Assembly (NCBI GenBank): GCA_016196125.1
Contig: JACPYG010000006.1
Span: forward strand, 54,511-118,510
Direction: 5' to 3'
Source: Candidatus Staskawiczbacteria bacterium
GTDB taxonomy: Bacteria; Patescibacteriota; Minisyncoccia; Minisyncoccales; Staskawiczbacteraceae
Length of the DNA: 64,000 nucleotides
Both the position numbers and the translations under genes were made by a program. The notes under the pieces were generated by a model. The model had not been told where the DNA came from. It ran no database searches and saw nothing but the letters and a program-made list of their open reading frames with translations. Numbering within the stretch: position 1 is the first letter of the stretch; every line of letters starts with the position of its first letter. This document shows positions 1 to 10,654 of the stretch, in pieces.

Positions 1-502
1 CCGATATGCTACGGGCAGTAAAATGTGGCTTTGCTTCGCGCGCGGCACTGGTATCTGCAAGTAGTATCGTTTTGCATCCCGCTTTTTTACCGGCTTCAAT
101 ATCAATCAGGCTATCGCCAATCATATAGGAATTTGGCAGGTCTATGTTTAGCTCTTTTGCGGCTTCAAGTATCAGACCCGGCTCTGGTTTGCGGCATGCG
201 CACATTTCTTTTATGTAATGCGGACAGACATAAATTTTATCAATGATGGCATTATTTTTTTCAAGCTCGGACTGCATATTGGCATGAATACTATTTACAT
301 CATCGGCTGTCATCAGCCCCTGTGATATGCCTCCCTGGTTTGACACTACTACGACTAAAAACTTTTTATTTAATTGACTGATCGTATCTGCGGCATGGGG
401 CAAAAACTCAAACTCGCCCCAATTTTTTATGTAATCATGTTCTTTGGCTTTTTTATTTATCACGCCATCCCTGTCTAAAAAAATAGCTCTTTTTTTAGTC
501 AT
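1..502 (-). CDS. gmhB: D-glycero-D-manno-heptose 1,7-bisphosphate phosphatase (HAD IIIA), 3' end runs off the window
   Basis: Not in the ORF track. Manual translation from ATG 502 gives MTKKRAIFLDRDGVIN...VSNQGG...CPH...CACRKPEPG...MIGDS, the GmhB motifs; it lies next to hddA/hddC. Confidence 0.85.
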   Translation of the reverse strand, partial: MTKKRAIFLDRDGVINKKAKEHDYIKNWGEFEFLPHAADTISQLNKKFLVVVVSNQGGISQGLMTADDVNSIHANMQSELEKNNAIIDKIYVCPHYIKEMCACRKPEPGLILEAAKELNIDLPNSYMIGDSLIDIEAGKKAGCKTILLADTSAAREAKPHFTARSIS

Positions 503-1622
503 ACCGGTTATTTTTTAAGATTTCTTTTAAAGATTGCGCAATAAATTTAACTTCTTGGTCAGTCATCCCATAAAAAATCGGCAAACAGAGATGATGGGCG
601 CTCAAATATTCTGTTTTTGGCAACTTTAAATCTTGGGCCCAAGGAAATACGGGCTGTTTATGCAGTGGCAACTCGTAAACATATCCGCTTGGCTGAATGC
701 CCCTTGCCTCTAATTCCTTATGAACAATACGGCGGTCATGGTCTTTTAAGATAATAATATATTTAAAATAGTTATGAATTGACTCTGACTCGGGTTTTAT
801 AATTTTTACGCTTAAAACTTCTTTTAATTCTTCGTCATAAAGCTTAGCAATCTCATTTCGTCTTTTAATAAAACTTTCGAGTGCCGACAACTGTCGTAAA
901 CCCATTAACGCAGCCACTTCTGGCATTCGCCAGTTATATCCCATGTATTTATGATAATTGATATAAATATCTTGCTTAACCTTGCCAAATTCTCGCATTG
1001 CTTTCATTTTTTCCACTAACATTTCGTCATTAGTAGTAACCATTCCTCCTTCACCTGTGGTCATGACTTTTGTAGAAAAAAAACTGAAACCTGCCGCGAC
1101 TCCAAAGGCGCCTGCTTTTGTCTTTCTTAAACTGGAACCATGAGCTTGGGCGGCATCCTCTATAAAATATAATCCGCGATCCTCGCAGATTTTTTTTAAC
1201 TTCAAAGTGCTTTCGGAAACAATCCCGCCGATATGAACCTGCATAATAGCTATGGTATTCTTTGTAATTCTTTTTATAACATCAAGGTCATCTAAACACA
1301 TATTATCCGCGCAGTCTGCAAATACAGGTATGCCTCCCGCATTCAAAATCGCATTAGCCGTAGCCATGAAAGTATTTGAAGGCAAGATAACTTCTTTGCC
1401 AGAAACATCTAAAGCCCGACAAATTAATTCCAGCGCAGAGGTACCGCTATTACAAGCTACTGCAAACTTTGTTCCAATAAATGCCGCGAACTCTTTTTCA
1501 AATTGAGCTACATATTGGCCATTAGATAAAAATGATTTTCCATGCAAAATATCTTGAAATTTTTCAATAATAAATGCAATATCATCTTCCGGAAAATAAG
1601 GTTTAGTGGCTGGAATTTTCAT
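495..1622 (-). CDS. DegT/DnrJ/EryC1/StrS PLP-dependent sugar aminotransferase
   Basis: SGTSAL, EDAAQAHG, SFFSTKVMTTGEGG, GYNWRM motifs. Confidence 0.9.
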   Translation of the reverse strand: MKIPATKPYFPEDDIAFIIEKFQDILHGKSFLSNGQYVAQFEKEFAAFIGTKFAVACNSGTSALELICRALDVSGKEVILPSNTFMATANAILNAGGIPVFADCADNMCLDDLDVIKRITKNTIAIMQVHIGGIVSESTLKLKKICEDRGLYFIEDAAQAHGSSLRKTKAGAFGVAAGFSFFSTKVMTTGEGGMVTTNDEMLVEKMKAMREFGKVKQDIYINYHKYMGYNWRMPEVAALMGLRQLSALESFIKRRNEIAKLYDEELKEVLSVKIIKPESESIHNYFKYIIILKDHDRRIVHKELEARGIQPSGYVYELPLHKQPVFPWAQDLKLPKTEYLSAHHLCLPIFYGMTDQEVKFIAQSLKEILKNNRYD

Positions 1623-2765
1623 TTATGCATAAAATTTTTTAATACTTTGACAAATAAATTCTATATTTTTATCAGTTAAGCTGGGAGCCGATGGCAAACA
1701 AACTCCGGTCTTAAATATTTCTTGGGTATTCGGAAAATCTCCTTTTGTATCGTAGGCAGGCATGGAGTGCATAGGCATAAACATATTTCGCACTCCGATC
1801 CCCAATGAAGCTAAATAAGCAATTAAATGTTTGGCGCTGGGAACAAAAATTACCACTCGATGAGGAACTATGGCGCCATCAGAATTAAATGTGAATAATC
1901 TTACACTGTTTATGCCAGAAAGCTTCTTTGAATAAGACCGTAAAATTTCTTTTTTTCTTTTAACAAAATAAGCCGCTTTTTTAAGTTGAGCCACTCCGAC
2001 GGCGGCTTGCAACTCTGTTATCCTGAAATTGTAACCTTTATATTCAATAACGTCCACCCCTCGCTCGCGGCGTCCGTCATGCTTATACATATTAACCTTA
2101 TTAATTAAAGCAATATTATTAGAAAGCAACATGCCTCCCTCACCCGTGGTTATAGTTTTATCGGCAAAAAATGATAGTACGGAAAAATCTCCATAAGACG
2201 CAATTGGCCTGTTTTTATAACTTCCAAATAACGCGGGAGCGCAATCATTAATTAAAAATATTTTTTGGGATTTAGCGTAAGATGCCATGGCATCTAAATC
2301 CGATACATTACCATAAGCGCAAACATATAAAATGGCCTTGGTTTTTTTGGTTATTGCTTTTTTAATTGTTTGTTTAGTCAGACACATGGTGGCCGAGTCA
2401 ACATCAACAAACACTGGAATCGCGCCACTGTTAGAAATAGAATTGGGATCAGCGGAATGAGAAAAACTTGGGACAATAATTTCGTCCCCCTCTTTAATGC
2501 CTAATGCTTTCACACCTGAAATGAGCGCTGCTGTGGCATTAGCAAAGGCTACGGAATATTTTCTTTCACAAATTTTAGCTAAACGATTTTCAAACTCTCG
2601 CGTATATTTATTTTCCGATAACCAGTTGCGTTTTATTACATCTGTTACAAGACGCAATTCTTCCTTTCCAATCGATGGTTCATAACAAGGAATTGTTTCG
2701 CGAGCCACGCGATTTCTATAAGTTTCGTAAGATGTAACCACATCACTATGAGGGTGCTTTTTCAT
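1623..2765 (-). CDS. DegT-family sugar aminotransferase (perosamine synthase-like)
   Basis: SFFADKTITTGEGG, GYNFR, CLPS motifs. Confidence 0.88.
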   Translation of the reverse strand: MKKHPHSDVVTSYETYRNRVARETIPCYEPSIGKEELRLVTDVIKRNWLSENKYTREFENRLAKICERKYSVAFANATAALISGVKALGIKEGDEIIVPSFSHSADPNSISNSGAIPVFVDVDSATMCLTKQTIKKAITKKTKAILYVCAYGNVSDLDAMASYAKSQKIFLINDCAPALFGSYKNRPIASYGDFSVLSFFADKTITTGEGGMLLSNNIALINKVNMYKHDGRRERGVDVIEYKGYNFRITELQAAVGVAQLKKAAYFVKRKKEILRSYSKKLSGINSVRLFTFNSDGAIVPHRVVIFVPSAKHLIAYLASLGIGVRNMFMPMHSMPAYDTKGDFPNTQEIFKTGVCLPSAPSLTDKNIEFICQSIKKFYA

Positions 2766-3649
2766 GTTTTACCTAATGACATTAAATATTCGTTGAGAGT
2801 GATAGAAAAAGATGTGAATAAATCATTTTTTAAGTTATTTTTAACTTTTTGATTAGATAAAAACGGCAAAGTTTCACCCTCGGGTTTATTTTCTAAAAAA
2901 TTAACTTTCACCTTAAAAAATTTTGCGATATCTTCAGCCGTGTCTCTGGTAGAAATATAATCATCTCCTCCTAAGTTATAAATACCGGTAACCAAGTCAA
3001 AACTTCTTAAAATGATATTAACCGCATCTTTAATATAAATATATTGCAGTTTGCGTTCTCCCTTGCCCCATACGGTGAGAGAGTGATTTTTAAGACATTC
3101 TTCTGCAAAAGCCAAGATAACATTCGGATGCATTGCTTGTCCCGGTCCAAATACGGAACATAAACGAAATATAACAGTATTTGGATGAATTTTCAAGATA
3201 AATTGTTCAAAGAAAGATTTTGCTATGCCAAAATTATGTTTAGGCGCCAAAAGCGAATCTTCATCGTAATACTGGTGTGCCGCCAAACCGCTGTAAACAT
3301 ATGAAGAGCTAAGATAAATTAAACGACAATCTCTCATGCCTGCTAAAGCATTAAGCATATTTACCGTAGCAGAAAAATCTTCTTGAAAAGAATTTGATAA
3401 GTGGTCGCGATAGGCTAAAGCCGAATGTGTAGCGCAATGAATGATTACATCGGGCTTAAAATCAATGATTAGTTTGGAGGTTTTAGCCGCATCTTTCAAA
3501 TTGAGGCTTTGCACATTGCCAGAAACATCAGCCAATTTATCTATAGATAAACATTCTTCTGAATACTGCTTAACCATTTTAAAAATTTCTGACCCAATGT
3601 ATCCCAGTCCGCCCGTAATTAGTATTCTTTTTGTTGAAAGATGATCCAT
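2762..3649 (-). CDS. NAD-dependent epimerase/dehydratase (extended SDR)
   Basis: ITGGLGYIG Rossmann motif, SSSYVY; catalytic YxxxK appears as FGIAK. Confidence 0.8.
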   Translation of the reverse strand: MDHLSTKRILITGGLGYIGSEIFKMVKQYSEECLSIDKLADVSGNVQSLNLKDAAKTSKLIIDFKPDVIIHCATHSALAYRDHLSNSFQEDFSATVNMLNALAGMRDCRLIYLSSSYVYSGLAAHQYYDEDSLLAPKHNFGIAKSFFEQFILKIHPNTVIFRLCSVFGPGQAMHPNVILAFAEECLKNHSLTVWGKGERKLQYIYIKDAVNIILRSFDLVTGIYNLGGDDYISTRDTAEDIAKFFKVKVNFLENKPEGETLPFLSNQKVKNNLKNDLFTSFSITLNEYLMSLGKT

Positions 3650-3654
3650 AATTT

Positions 3655-4632
3655 TTAATGATCCAGCACAATAGAGCTTCCGCCTTCGGAAAACTTAAAA
3701 GAAACGTTTTTATATTCAGACAAAGCGTCCGTAATAGACTGGTGTTTTTCGGGCGGAGCTAACACCAAAAGAAACCCGCCGCCGCCGGCTCCCAAAATTT
3801 TTCCTCCGTACGCGCCAGCGGTCAGAACTTTTTGGTACATCTGATCAATGTGGGGACTAGAAATACCCGATGCTAATTCTTTTTTGAGCAACCAATTTTG
3901 GTGCAAGATGTTTCCCAGTTTTTCAAAATCCCCTTTTTCTAAAGCATTTTTAAAGACGGATACGTTATCTGACATCTTTTTCAAAAATTCAAATTTATTT
4001 GTAATATTTTGTTTTTGTTCCGACAAAATGAGATTAGCCGACCTTTCTTTGCCTGTAAAAAACATCAACAGGTGGTTTTGGAAATCTTCTTTTATGTTTG
4101 GCAACAGATTAATCGGCTCAACTGTAATTCTTCCGTCACAATTAAAATTAATCACATTCAAGCCGCCAAAAGCTGCTGCGTATTGGTCTTGTTTGCCGAT
4201 GGGAGCGCCATTTTTATCAATTTCAATTTCACAGGCTTCTTTTGCGATCATATCAGCCGATACATTATTTCCTAAAAAAGCATGCAAACTATGCAATAGT
4301 CCAACCGTAAAACTGCTTGATGAACCAAGCCCCAGTCCTGTTTTTTGAGCAGGAATATCGGCTAAAGAAGCGATGTCAACTCCTTCCTTAATGCCTAATT
4401 TTTCCAAGGACAATCTTACTAATGGGTGTTTTATTTGCGAACAATGATTTACCAATTCAATTTCGGAGTAACTTAACTTAATCATCTCGTCAAATCTCGG
4501 GTTTACGGTGACATAAAAATATTTATTAATTGAGGTGCTTAAAACTTTGCCCGGATAATGCCGGTAAAAATCTTCAAAGTCAGTTCCTCCGCCGACAAAG
4601 CTTATCCGTAATGGTGTTTTTGAAATAATCAT
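3655..4632 (-). CDS. hddA: D-glycero-alpha-D-manno-heptose 7-phosphate kinase (GHMP kinase)
   Basis: PLRISFVGGGTD, GLGSSS, GKQDQY, GAGGGG motifs. Confidence 0.85.
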   Translation of the reverse strand: MIISKTPLRISFVGGGTDFEDFYRHYPGKVLSTSINKYFYVTVNPRFDEMIKLSYSEIELVNHCSQIKHPLVRLSLEKLGIKEGVDIASLADIPAQKTGLGLGSSSSFTVGLLHSLHAFLGNNVSADMIAKEACEIEIDKNGAPIGKQDQYAAAFGGLNVINFNCDGRITVEPINLLPNIKEDFQNHLLMFFTGKERSANLILSEQKQNITNKFEFLKKMSDNVSVFKNALEKGDFEKLGNILHQNWLLKKELASGISSPHIDQMYQKVLTAGAYGGKILGAGGGGFLLVLAPPEKHQSITDALSEYKNVSFKFSEGGSSIVLDH

Positions 4633-5318
4633 GATGATAAAACTTGGCTAAATATTTTCAACCGATCAAAGGTTCCAATATCATAAAACTTCTTGTCGGT
4701 AATATGAGCATAAAGTTCTTTTTTTTTAATCAAGATGGGCAACAATTCTTCTTCGAGTGAAAAAACAGAATTTTCAGGCACAAAGTTTAAAACGTCTTTT
4801 TGAAAAATATGGACTCCCGCTTCAACGCAATTTGATTGACCTTCATTCTTTTTATCATAATTTAACACTTCTCCCGTTTCTGAAACCTCAATATTGTTTA
4901 AAACTATTTTAGGACTGTTTTTAAAAACAACGGTCATTGCCAATTTTTTACTTTCGTTAAAATCAGCTACTACTAATTTGTAATCCATATGCAAAAAACT
5001 GTCGCCATAAATTACAAAAAATTTATTTTCCAAAAGTTTTTCAGCGTTTTTTAATGCCCCTCCCGTACCCAATGGTTCATTTTCTTTTGAATACTTAACA
5101 TGTATTCCTATTTTTTTTCCATTGCCAAAATACTTTTCTATTTTTTCTCCCAAATATCCTGTACATAAAATAAAATCCTCAAAACCATTTTTTTTAAACA
5201 TTTCTAATTGGTACTCCAAAAATGGCTTGCCATTAATTAAAACCATTGGTTTTGGCACTTTGTGGGTCAAAGGCCTTAACCTTGTTCCCAGTCCCCCGGC
5301 TAAAATAACGACTTGCAT
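4629..5318 (-). CDS. hddC: Heptose-1-phosphate guanylyltransferase / NTP_transferase
   Basis: LAGGLGTRL..PKPM, EPLGTGGAL, DIGT; coupled to hddA by ATGA overlap. Confidence 0.75.
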   Translation of the reverse strand: MQVVILAGGLGTRLRPLTHKVPKPMVLINGKPFLEYQLEMFKKNGFEDFILCTGYLGEKIEKYFGNGKKIGIHVKYSKENEPLGTGGALKNAEKLLENKFFVIYGDSFLHMDYKLVVADFNESKKLAMTVVFKNSPKIVLNNIEVSETGEVLNYDKKNEGQSNCVEAGVHIFQKDVLNFVPENSVFSLEEELLPILIKKKELYAHITDKKFYDIGTFDRLKIFSQVLSS

Positions 5319-5322
5319 ATTT

Positions 5323-6264
5323 TTATTTATTACTTTTTTTGTACCACTGAATTGTTTTTTTTAGACCATCCTCAAAATTTTTTTTTGCCTCAAAATTAAA
5401 TTCTTTTTTGGCCCGTGATATATTTATAGAGCGTCTTGGCTGGCCGTCGGGTTTTGTTGTATTCCATTTAATTTCTCCCTTAAAATCCATCGATTTACAA
5501 ATTAATTCTGCCAAATCTTTAATAGAAATTTCTAAATCCGAACCCAGGTTGACCGGCTCTGACTTATCATAATTTTCGGCAGCCAACAAAATACCTTCTG
5601 CCGCATCCTTAACATATAAAAATCCCCGAGTGACATTACCTGTGCCCCAAACTTCAATATATTTTTTATCACCTTTTTTCGCTTCGTAAACTTTACGAAT
5701 AAGCGCCGCAATGACATGTGACGATTCTGGATTAAAATTATCACCCGGCCCGTATAAATTTAAAGGCAAAAGAAAAATTGAATTAAATCCATACTGCTGC
5801 CGATATGCCTGCGATTGGACTAAAAGCATTTTTTTTGCCAAGCCGTAAGGCGCATTAGTTTCTTCAGGATAACCGTTCCACAAATCTTCTTCGCGAAATG
5901 GCACGGGAGCATGTTTGGGATAGGCGCAAACAGTTCCAATGGCTACGAATTTTTTAACATTGGCCTGCCTTGCCGCCTCCATTAATTGGGTTCCCATTAT
6001 TAAATTATCGTAAAATAATTCTCCGGGTTTTTCCTGGTTAAAGCCGATTCCGCCAACCTTAGCTGCTAAGTGAATTACAATATCCTGGCCCACGACAGCT
6101 TTTTGGCAATCATCCCATTTTCTTAAATCTAATTCTTTCATAGTCGGCAAAAATAAATTTTCTTTTGGAACTTTCCTTTTTTCCAATAAATTATTAACTA
6201 CATGCCTGCCTAAAAATCCACTTGATCCAGTTATTAAAATTTTCTTTTTTTTAAAATCCAGCAT
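5323..6264 (-). CDS. fcl: GDP-L-fucose synthase
   Basis: LAAKVGGI..N, GTVCAYPK, YGLAKK, NLYGPGDNF, SSHVI, KPDGQP; start moved to ATG 6264, just after the gmd stop. Confidence 0.9.
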   Translation of the reverse strand: MLDFKKKKILITGSSGFLGRHVVNNLLEKRKVPKENLFLPTMKELDLRKWDDCQKAVVGQDIVIHLAAKVGGIGFNQEKPGELFYDNLIMGTQLMEAARQANVKKFVAIGTVCAYPKHAPVPFREEDLWNGYPEETNAPYGLAKKMLLVQSQAYRQQYGFNSIFLLPLNLYGPGDNFNPESSHVIAALIRKVYEAKKGDKKYIEVWGTGNVTRGFLYVKDAAEGILLAAENYDKSEPVNLGSDLEISIKDLAELICKSMDFKGEIKWNTTKPDGQPRRSINISRAKKEFNFEAKKNFEDGLKKTIQWYKKSNK

Positions 6265-6266
6265 AT

Positions 6267-7319
6267 TTAATCTATTTTCCACCATTTATTTGGAAACTTT
6301 TCTTTCAAAATTTTATTGCCTTCACCGATTATATCTAAATGTAAATTTTTAAAATCGCTGTCTATCATGATTTTACACAAATCACTGCATGTTATTTTTG
6401 GCTGCCAACCAAGGCGTTCTTTTGCTTTGCTTGCATTCCCAATTAACGATTCTACTTCAGCTGGCCTAAAATATCGTTGGTCAATTTCCACATAATTTTT
6501 ATAATCACCCAGCCCCGCATAACTAAATGCCAATTCTAAAAATTCCCTAACCGAATGACTTTCTCCCGTAGCAACCACATAGTCATCTGGTTTTTCTTGA
6601 CAGAGCATCATGTGCATTGCTTCCACGTACTCTGGCGCAAAACCCCAATCTCTTTTGGCTTTTAAATTACCCAAATATAATTTTTTATCCAACCCAGCCC
6701 TTATTCTGGCAATACCCATGGTAATTTTCCTGGTAACAAATGTTTCTCCTCTTCGCGGAGATTCGTGATTGAAAAGCAGACCATTGCAGGCAAAAATTCC
6801 ATAAGCCTCGCGGTACAATCTGGTAATATCAAACGAAAATACTTTGGCCACCGCATACGGACTTCGCGGGTGAAAAAGCGATAATTCATTTTGCGGAGGA
6901 AGCGTTGAACCGAACATTTCGGAACTGGCAGCATTATAAAACTTTATATGGTTACCCGAATTTTTTATTGCCTCTAAAATTCTCAATGTGCCCAGCGCAT
7001 CGGTATTAGCCGTGTATTCGGGCATATCAAAACTGACCCTAACATGCGACTGGGCTCCCAAATGATAAATTTCATCGGGCTTAATTTGGTTGACTAATTT
7101 TTCAATGTTTCCGGTGTCAGTTAAATCTCCGTAGTGCAAAAAAAGCCTAGTGCCTCTGATGTGCGGATCTTGATACAGGTGGTCTATCCTTACGGTATTA
7201 AACGTGCTTGCTCTGCGGATAACGCCATGCACCTCATATTCGCGGGAAAGCAAAAACTCGGCAAGGTATGACCCATCCTGCCCGGTAATTCCAAAAATTA
7301 ACGCTTTTTTTGTATTCAT
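6267..7319 (-). CDS. gmd: GDP-mannose 4,6-dehydratase
   Basis: [40 protein letters not shown]; start at 7319 inferred from ATGA overlap. Confidence 0.95.
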   Translation of the reverse strand: MNTKKALIFGITGQDGSYLAEFLLSREYEVHGVIRRASTFNTVRIDHLYQDPHIRGTRLFLHYGDLTDTGNIEKLVNQIKPDEIYHLGAQSHVRVSFDMPEYTANTDALGTLRILEAIKNSGNHIKFYNAASSEMFGSTLPPQNELSLFHPRSPYAVAKVFSFDITRLYREAYGIFACNGLLFNHESPRRGETFVTRKITMGIARIRAGLDKKLYLGNLKAKRDWGFAPEYVEAMHMMLCQEKPDDYVVATGESHSVREFLELAFSYAGLGDYKNYVEIDQRYFRPAEVESLIGNASKAKERLGWQPKITCSDLCKIMIDSDFKNLHLDIIGEGNKILKEKFPNKWWKID

Positions 7320-8272
7320 AAAATTTCTCGCCAATAATTTAACAAATCTTCCATAGTTTTTTCAAATGGTATTTTGGGCTGCCAACCGGTTTGTTTGCCA
7401 AATTTCGCATTACTGCCAACTGTAACAGCAATATCTGAAGGCCGAATTCTTTTTAAATCCTGTTTTATTTTAATATTTTTCACCAAGCTTTTGCTAAGCA
7501 ACAGAGTCAAAACCGATTTTATTGATCTGGCTTTTCCGGAACATACATTATACGGCTCTCCAAATTCACATTTTTCTGAAGCCAACCAATAAGCCACCGC
7601 TACATCACGCACATCGGTAAAATCCCTCTGCGCATCTAAATTGCCTGCGAATATTACAGGTTTTTGCTTGCCTTTTTCAATTTGGGCAATCTGTTTGGCA
7701 AATGTGGAAGCAGCAAAATGCTCTCCTCGTCTTGGGCCCTCGGTATTGAAAAATCTCATTAAAACTATTTTAAGCCCGTAGTTTTGATAATATTGGAAAG
7801 CTAATTTTTCTTGAGTAATTTTGGAAACCGCATAAGGCGATAGCGGCCTTAATTCATTATTCTCTTTGATGGGCAATTCATTTTTTAATGCTGCGCCATA
7901 TTCTTCCGAACTGCCCGCAATCACTATTACTGGATTTATCTTTATATTTTTGATCGCTTCGAAAAGATTTACATCAGAAACAATGTTATTAAACAATGTT
8001 TTTTCCGGCGACTGGAAGGAAAAAGAAACCTGGCTTTGGCCAGCCAAATGAAAAATTTTATCTGGTTTTACCTTTAAAATAACTTTTCTTACTTGTTCTT
8101 TTTTGGTAAGATCGCATAATAAAAATTCAATATTATTCTTAATATGCTCTAAGTTTTTTAATCCTTTTTTGTCTAAAAAAGTGCCATATAATTCAACATT
8201 GGGTTTGGTCATGCAATATTCAGACAAATGCGAACCGACAAACCCGGTTATCCCGGTAATTAATATTTTCAT
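7316..8272 (-). CDS. GDP-4-keto-6-deoxy-D-mannose reductase (Rmd-like) / Gmd-like SDR
   Basis: [35 protein letters not shown]. Confidence 0.75.
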   Translation of the reverse strand: MKILITGITGFVGSHLSEYCMTKPNVELYGTFLDKKGLKNLEHIKNNIEFLLCDLTKKEQVRKVILKVKPDKIFHLAGQSQVSFSFQSPEKTLFNNIVSDVNLFEAIKNIKINPVIVIAGSSEEYGAALKNELPIKENNELRPLSPYAVSKITQEKLAFQYYQNYGLKIVLMRFFNTEGPRRGEHFAASTFAKQIAQIEKGKQKPVIFAGNLDAQRDFTDVRDVAVAYWLASEKCEFGEPYNVCSGKARSIKSVLTLLLSKSLVKNIKIKQDLKRIRPSDIAVTVGSNAKFGKQTGWQPKIPFEKTMEDLLNYWREIL

Positions 8273-8285
8273 CTCTTTTAATCTA

Positions 8286-9389
8286 TCACGAGTTTTTGGT
8301 TTTTAAAAGCCCCAAATAGCCCTCATATATAGTGTCTGCCATCTTTTGCCAAGTAAACTGCCTGGCCCTTATTTTTCCCTTTTTAATTAAATCAGCTGAC
8401 AAAAATTTATCATGTAATATTTTTTCAATGTTTTCTGCCAAGTTGCCAGAGTCACTTGGATCAAACAATAATGCTGCATTTAAAACTGCCTCTGGTATTG
8501 AAGAGGCATTTGAAGCCACAACAGGACAACCGCAAGCCATTGCTTCAAGCGGCGGGATTCCAAAACCTTCATAGAGCGATGGATAAATAAATAACGTTGC
8601 ATTGGCATATATACCCGCCAATTTTTCATCAGTGCCAGATTCCTGGCGAAACCAAGTCCCCTGGTTATATTTTTCAATGATTTTTTTATGAGACAAAGAT
8701 AAGTCTTTTTCCCCGCCAAATACCGTTAAATCAAACTGCAAATAATACTTTTCATCAATAAAAGTATTTAGCAGCATATCAAAATTTTTATAAGCATAAT
8801 TACGCCCACCAATATATAGCAGATATGGCCTTTGTTCAGGTTTTTGTGCTGTGATACGATTTTTAAAAAACACTTCACTTACTCCGGGGTAAGCAACAAT
8901 AACTTTTTGTGGATCAATGGGATACAATCTACAAATGTCTTTTTTGGTTGATTCTGATATTGCAATAATCAAGTCTGCCGCATCAAATGCTTTTTTCTTA
9001 AATTGTATTGTTTTTGAATTACCCCCGAATAATTCTTGGATCATATCATAACAATGAACAATGACTGGGCCTTTTGGTTTTTTTGGAACACGATAATACA
9101 GGGAATGAAAAGTTAAATCTTTGGCCATATTCAATTTATAAGCCAATTCCATTCCAATAGTATCTAAAAGATTAAAAATTCTGCCTTTCAAAAAATCTGG
9201 TCTTTTAATCCCGTAATATTTGCTAAACCATCTTTTTTTGAAAGGGTAACTATCCACATAAAAACCCCTGTAAAGAATCTGTTCAACTTCTTTATTTTTA
9301 CCCAACTCTTTGATTAATTCAAAGCCTAGTCGGCTAATTCCGCCTATTTTTTGCCTGCCAAATATGCCACCATCAAAAAATATTTTCAT
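8286..9389 (-). CDS. Glycosyltransferase family 4
   Basis: YPSLYEGFGIPPLEAMACG (EX7E). Confidence 0.92.
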   Translation of the reverse strand: MKIFFDGGIFGRQKIGGISRLGFELIKELGKNKEVEQILYRGFYVDSYPFKKRWFSKYYGIKRPDFLKGRIFNLLDTIGMELAYKLNMAKDLTFHSLYYRVPKKPKGPVIVHCYDMIQELFGGNSKTIQFKKKAFDAADLIIAISESTKKDICRLYPIDPQKVIVAYPGVSEVFFKNRITAQKPEQRPYLLYIGGRNYAYKNFDMLLNTFIDEKYYLQFDLTVFGGEKDLSLSHKKIIEKYNQGTWFRQESGTDEKLAGIYANATLFIYPSLYEGFGIPPLEAMACGCPVVASNASSIPEAVLNAALLFDPSDSGNLAENIEKILHDKFLSADLIKKGKIRARQFTWQKMADTIYEGYLGLLKTKNS

Positions 9390-10654
9390 TTTAATAATTC
9401 GTTGTAAAATTTGATATGCTCTCGAACAAAGTTTTCTACGCCAAATTTATACAAAAATTCATCTAAATTAAAATTTTCCGGAAACTTTAAATTTTCTGCT
9501 TCTTTTATTTTTTCAATCAAATCTTTTACATCGTCTTCTTTAAAAATTAAACTTTTGGGATAACCCTCTAATACTTCGCTAATCGCACCCGAAGAAGATC
9601 CAACAATGGTTAAACCACATGCCATTGCTTCAACTAAAACCCGCCCATACTGCTCTTTCCAATCAAGGGTTGTCAAAGAGGGCAAAACAAATACATCAAG
9701 AACATTGTAGTAGTTAGCCAAATCCTGGCGGTCTATATTTTTAAAATGAAAAAATCTTTTTCTTAGTCCCAAAGAATCAATAATATTTTGCAATGTTGGC
9801 TCATAAGTGCCGCTTCCCAAAAGCATCAAATAATATTTATCAAGTTGGCTTGTAGCTTTAATAAGATTTTGCAATCCCTTCTCTTCATTAAATCTGCCGA
9901 TATTCCCGATTAATTTTATATCTTTAGGAATTCCTAATTTTTCTCTATATACATTGCGACTTTTAGGGTAAAAAACCCCGAAATCCACTCCATAAAAAAT
10001 ACGGCGCATGGGCATGCGAGCTCCAATTTTTTTGATAATTTCCAACGGTTCTGTGCTGATACCCGTCACTCCATCTAAATATTTTTTATTTAAAAATAAG
10101 GCGATGGGCTGGATGATTTTTCTTAAAGTTCTTTTTAAAAAGTGGCCCAAGGAATCAAAAATAAAAGATGGCGGAAGTATTTTATTCTGTATATTTTGGG
10201 CAGCATAACAAACAATCGGAACTTTTTTGCCTCGCCATGCAGTATCCTTGCGTAGAGACGCGAGAATTTTCGGCTTTGCCAAAATTCCCGTCTTCGAAGG
10301 ATGGCCATATAAGATATTCCGGCAAATAATAACTTGGGCAAGATAGAAACTGCTATATTCATCGTAAACATGAATAACATCTGGATTAATTTTTTTTATG
10401 GTTTTAAAAAGCTGGAAAAATTTAAACCCTTCTCCATAGCTTTGCGGTTTTCGTAAATCCACCGGAAAAAACCGATAACCGCTTTCATCATCTTTAGAAC
10501 CATAGAAGTACCCGCCGGAGGAAGTATGGGGTAATTGAAGAATAATTTTTGAAGGCACTATAACTGCCAAGTCAATTCCTTGCCCTACATATTCACGGTA
10601 AGAAGCTTTCACATCGCCTGAAAGCCCGCAATGATAGATAATTAAGAGTTTCAT
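9386..10654 (-). CDS. Glycosyltransferase family 4 carrying a 25-aa in-frame hairpin insertion
   Basis: WKEQYGRVLVEAMACG; start at 10654 inferred from ATGA overlap. Confidence 0.88.
   Translation of the reverse strand: MKLLIIYHCGLSGDVKASYREYVGQGIDLAVIVPSKIILQLPHTSSGGYFYGSKDDESGYRFFPVDLRKPQSYGEGFKFFQLFKTIKKINPDVIHVYDEYSSFYLAQVIICRNILYGHPSKTGILAKPKILASLRKDTAWRGKKVPIVCYAAQNIQNKILPPSFIFDSLGHFLKRTLRKIIQPIALFLNKKYLDGVTGISTEPLEIIKKIGARMPMRRIFYGVDFGVFYPKSRNVYREKLGIPKDIKLIGNIGRFNEEKGLQNLIKATSQLDKYYLMLLGSGTYEPTLQNIIDSLGLRKRFFHFKNIDRQDLANYYNVLDVFVLPSLTTLDWKEQYGRVLVEAMACGLTIVGSSSGAISEVLEGYPKSLIFKEDDVKDLIEKIKEAENLKFPENFNLDEFLYKFGVENFVREHIKFYNELLK
10229..10306. repeat. GC-rich nested hairpin element inserted in frame (75 bp, GCC direct repeats)
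   Basis: atcctt/aaggat, gagacg/cgtctt, gaatttt/aaaattc and ggc-ttt-gcc stems; GCC at 10229-31 and 10304-06. Confidence 0.7.
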
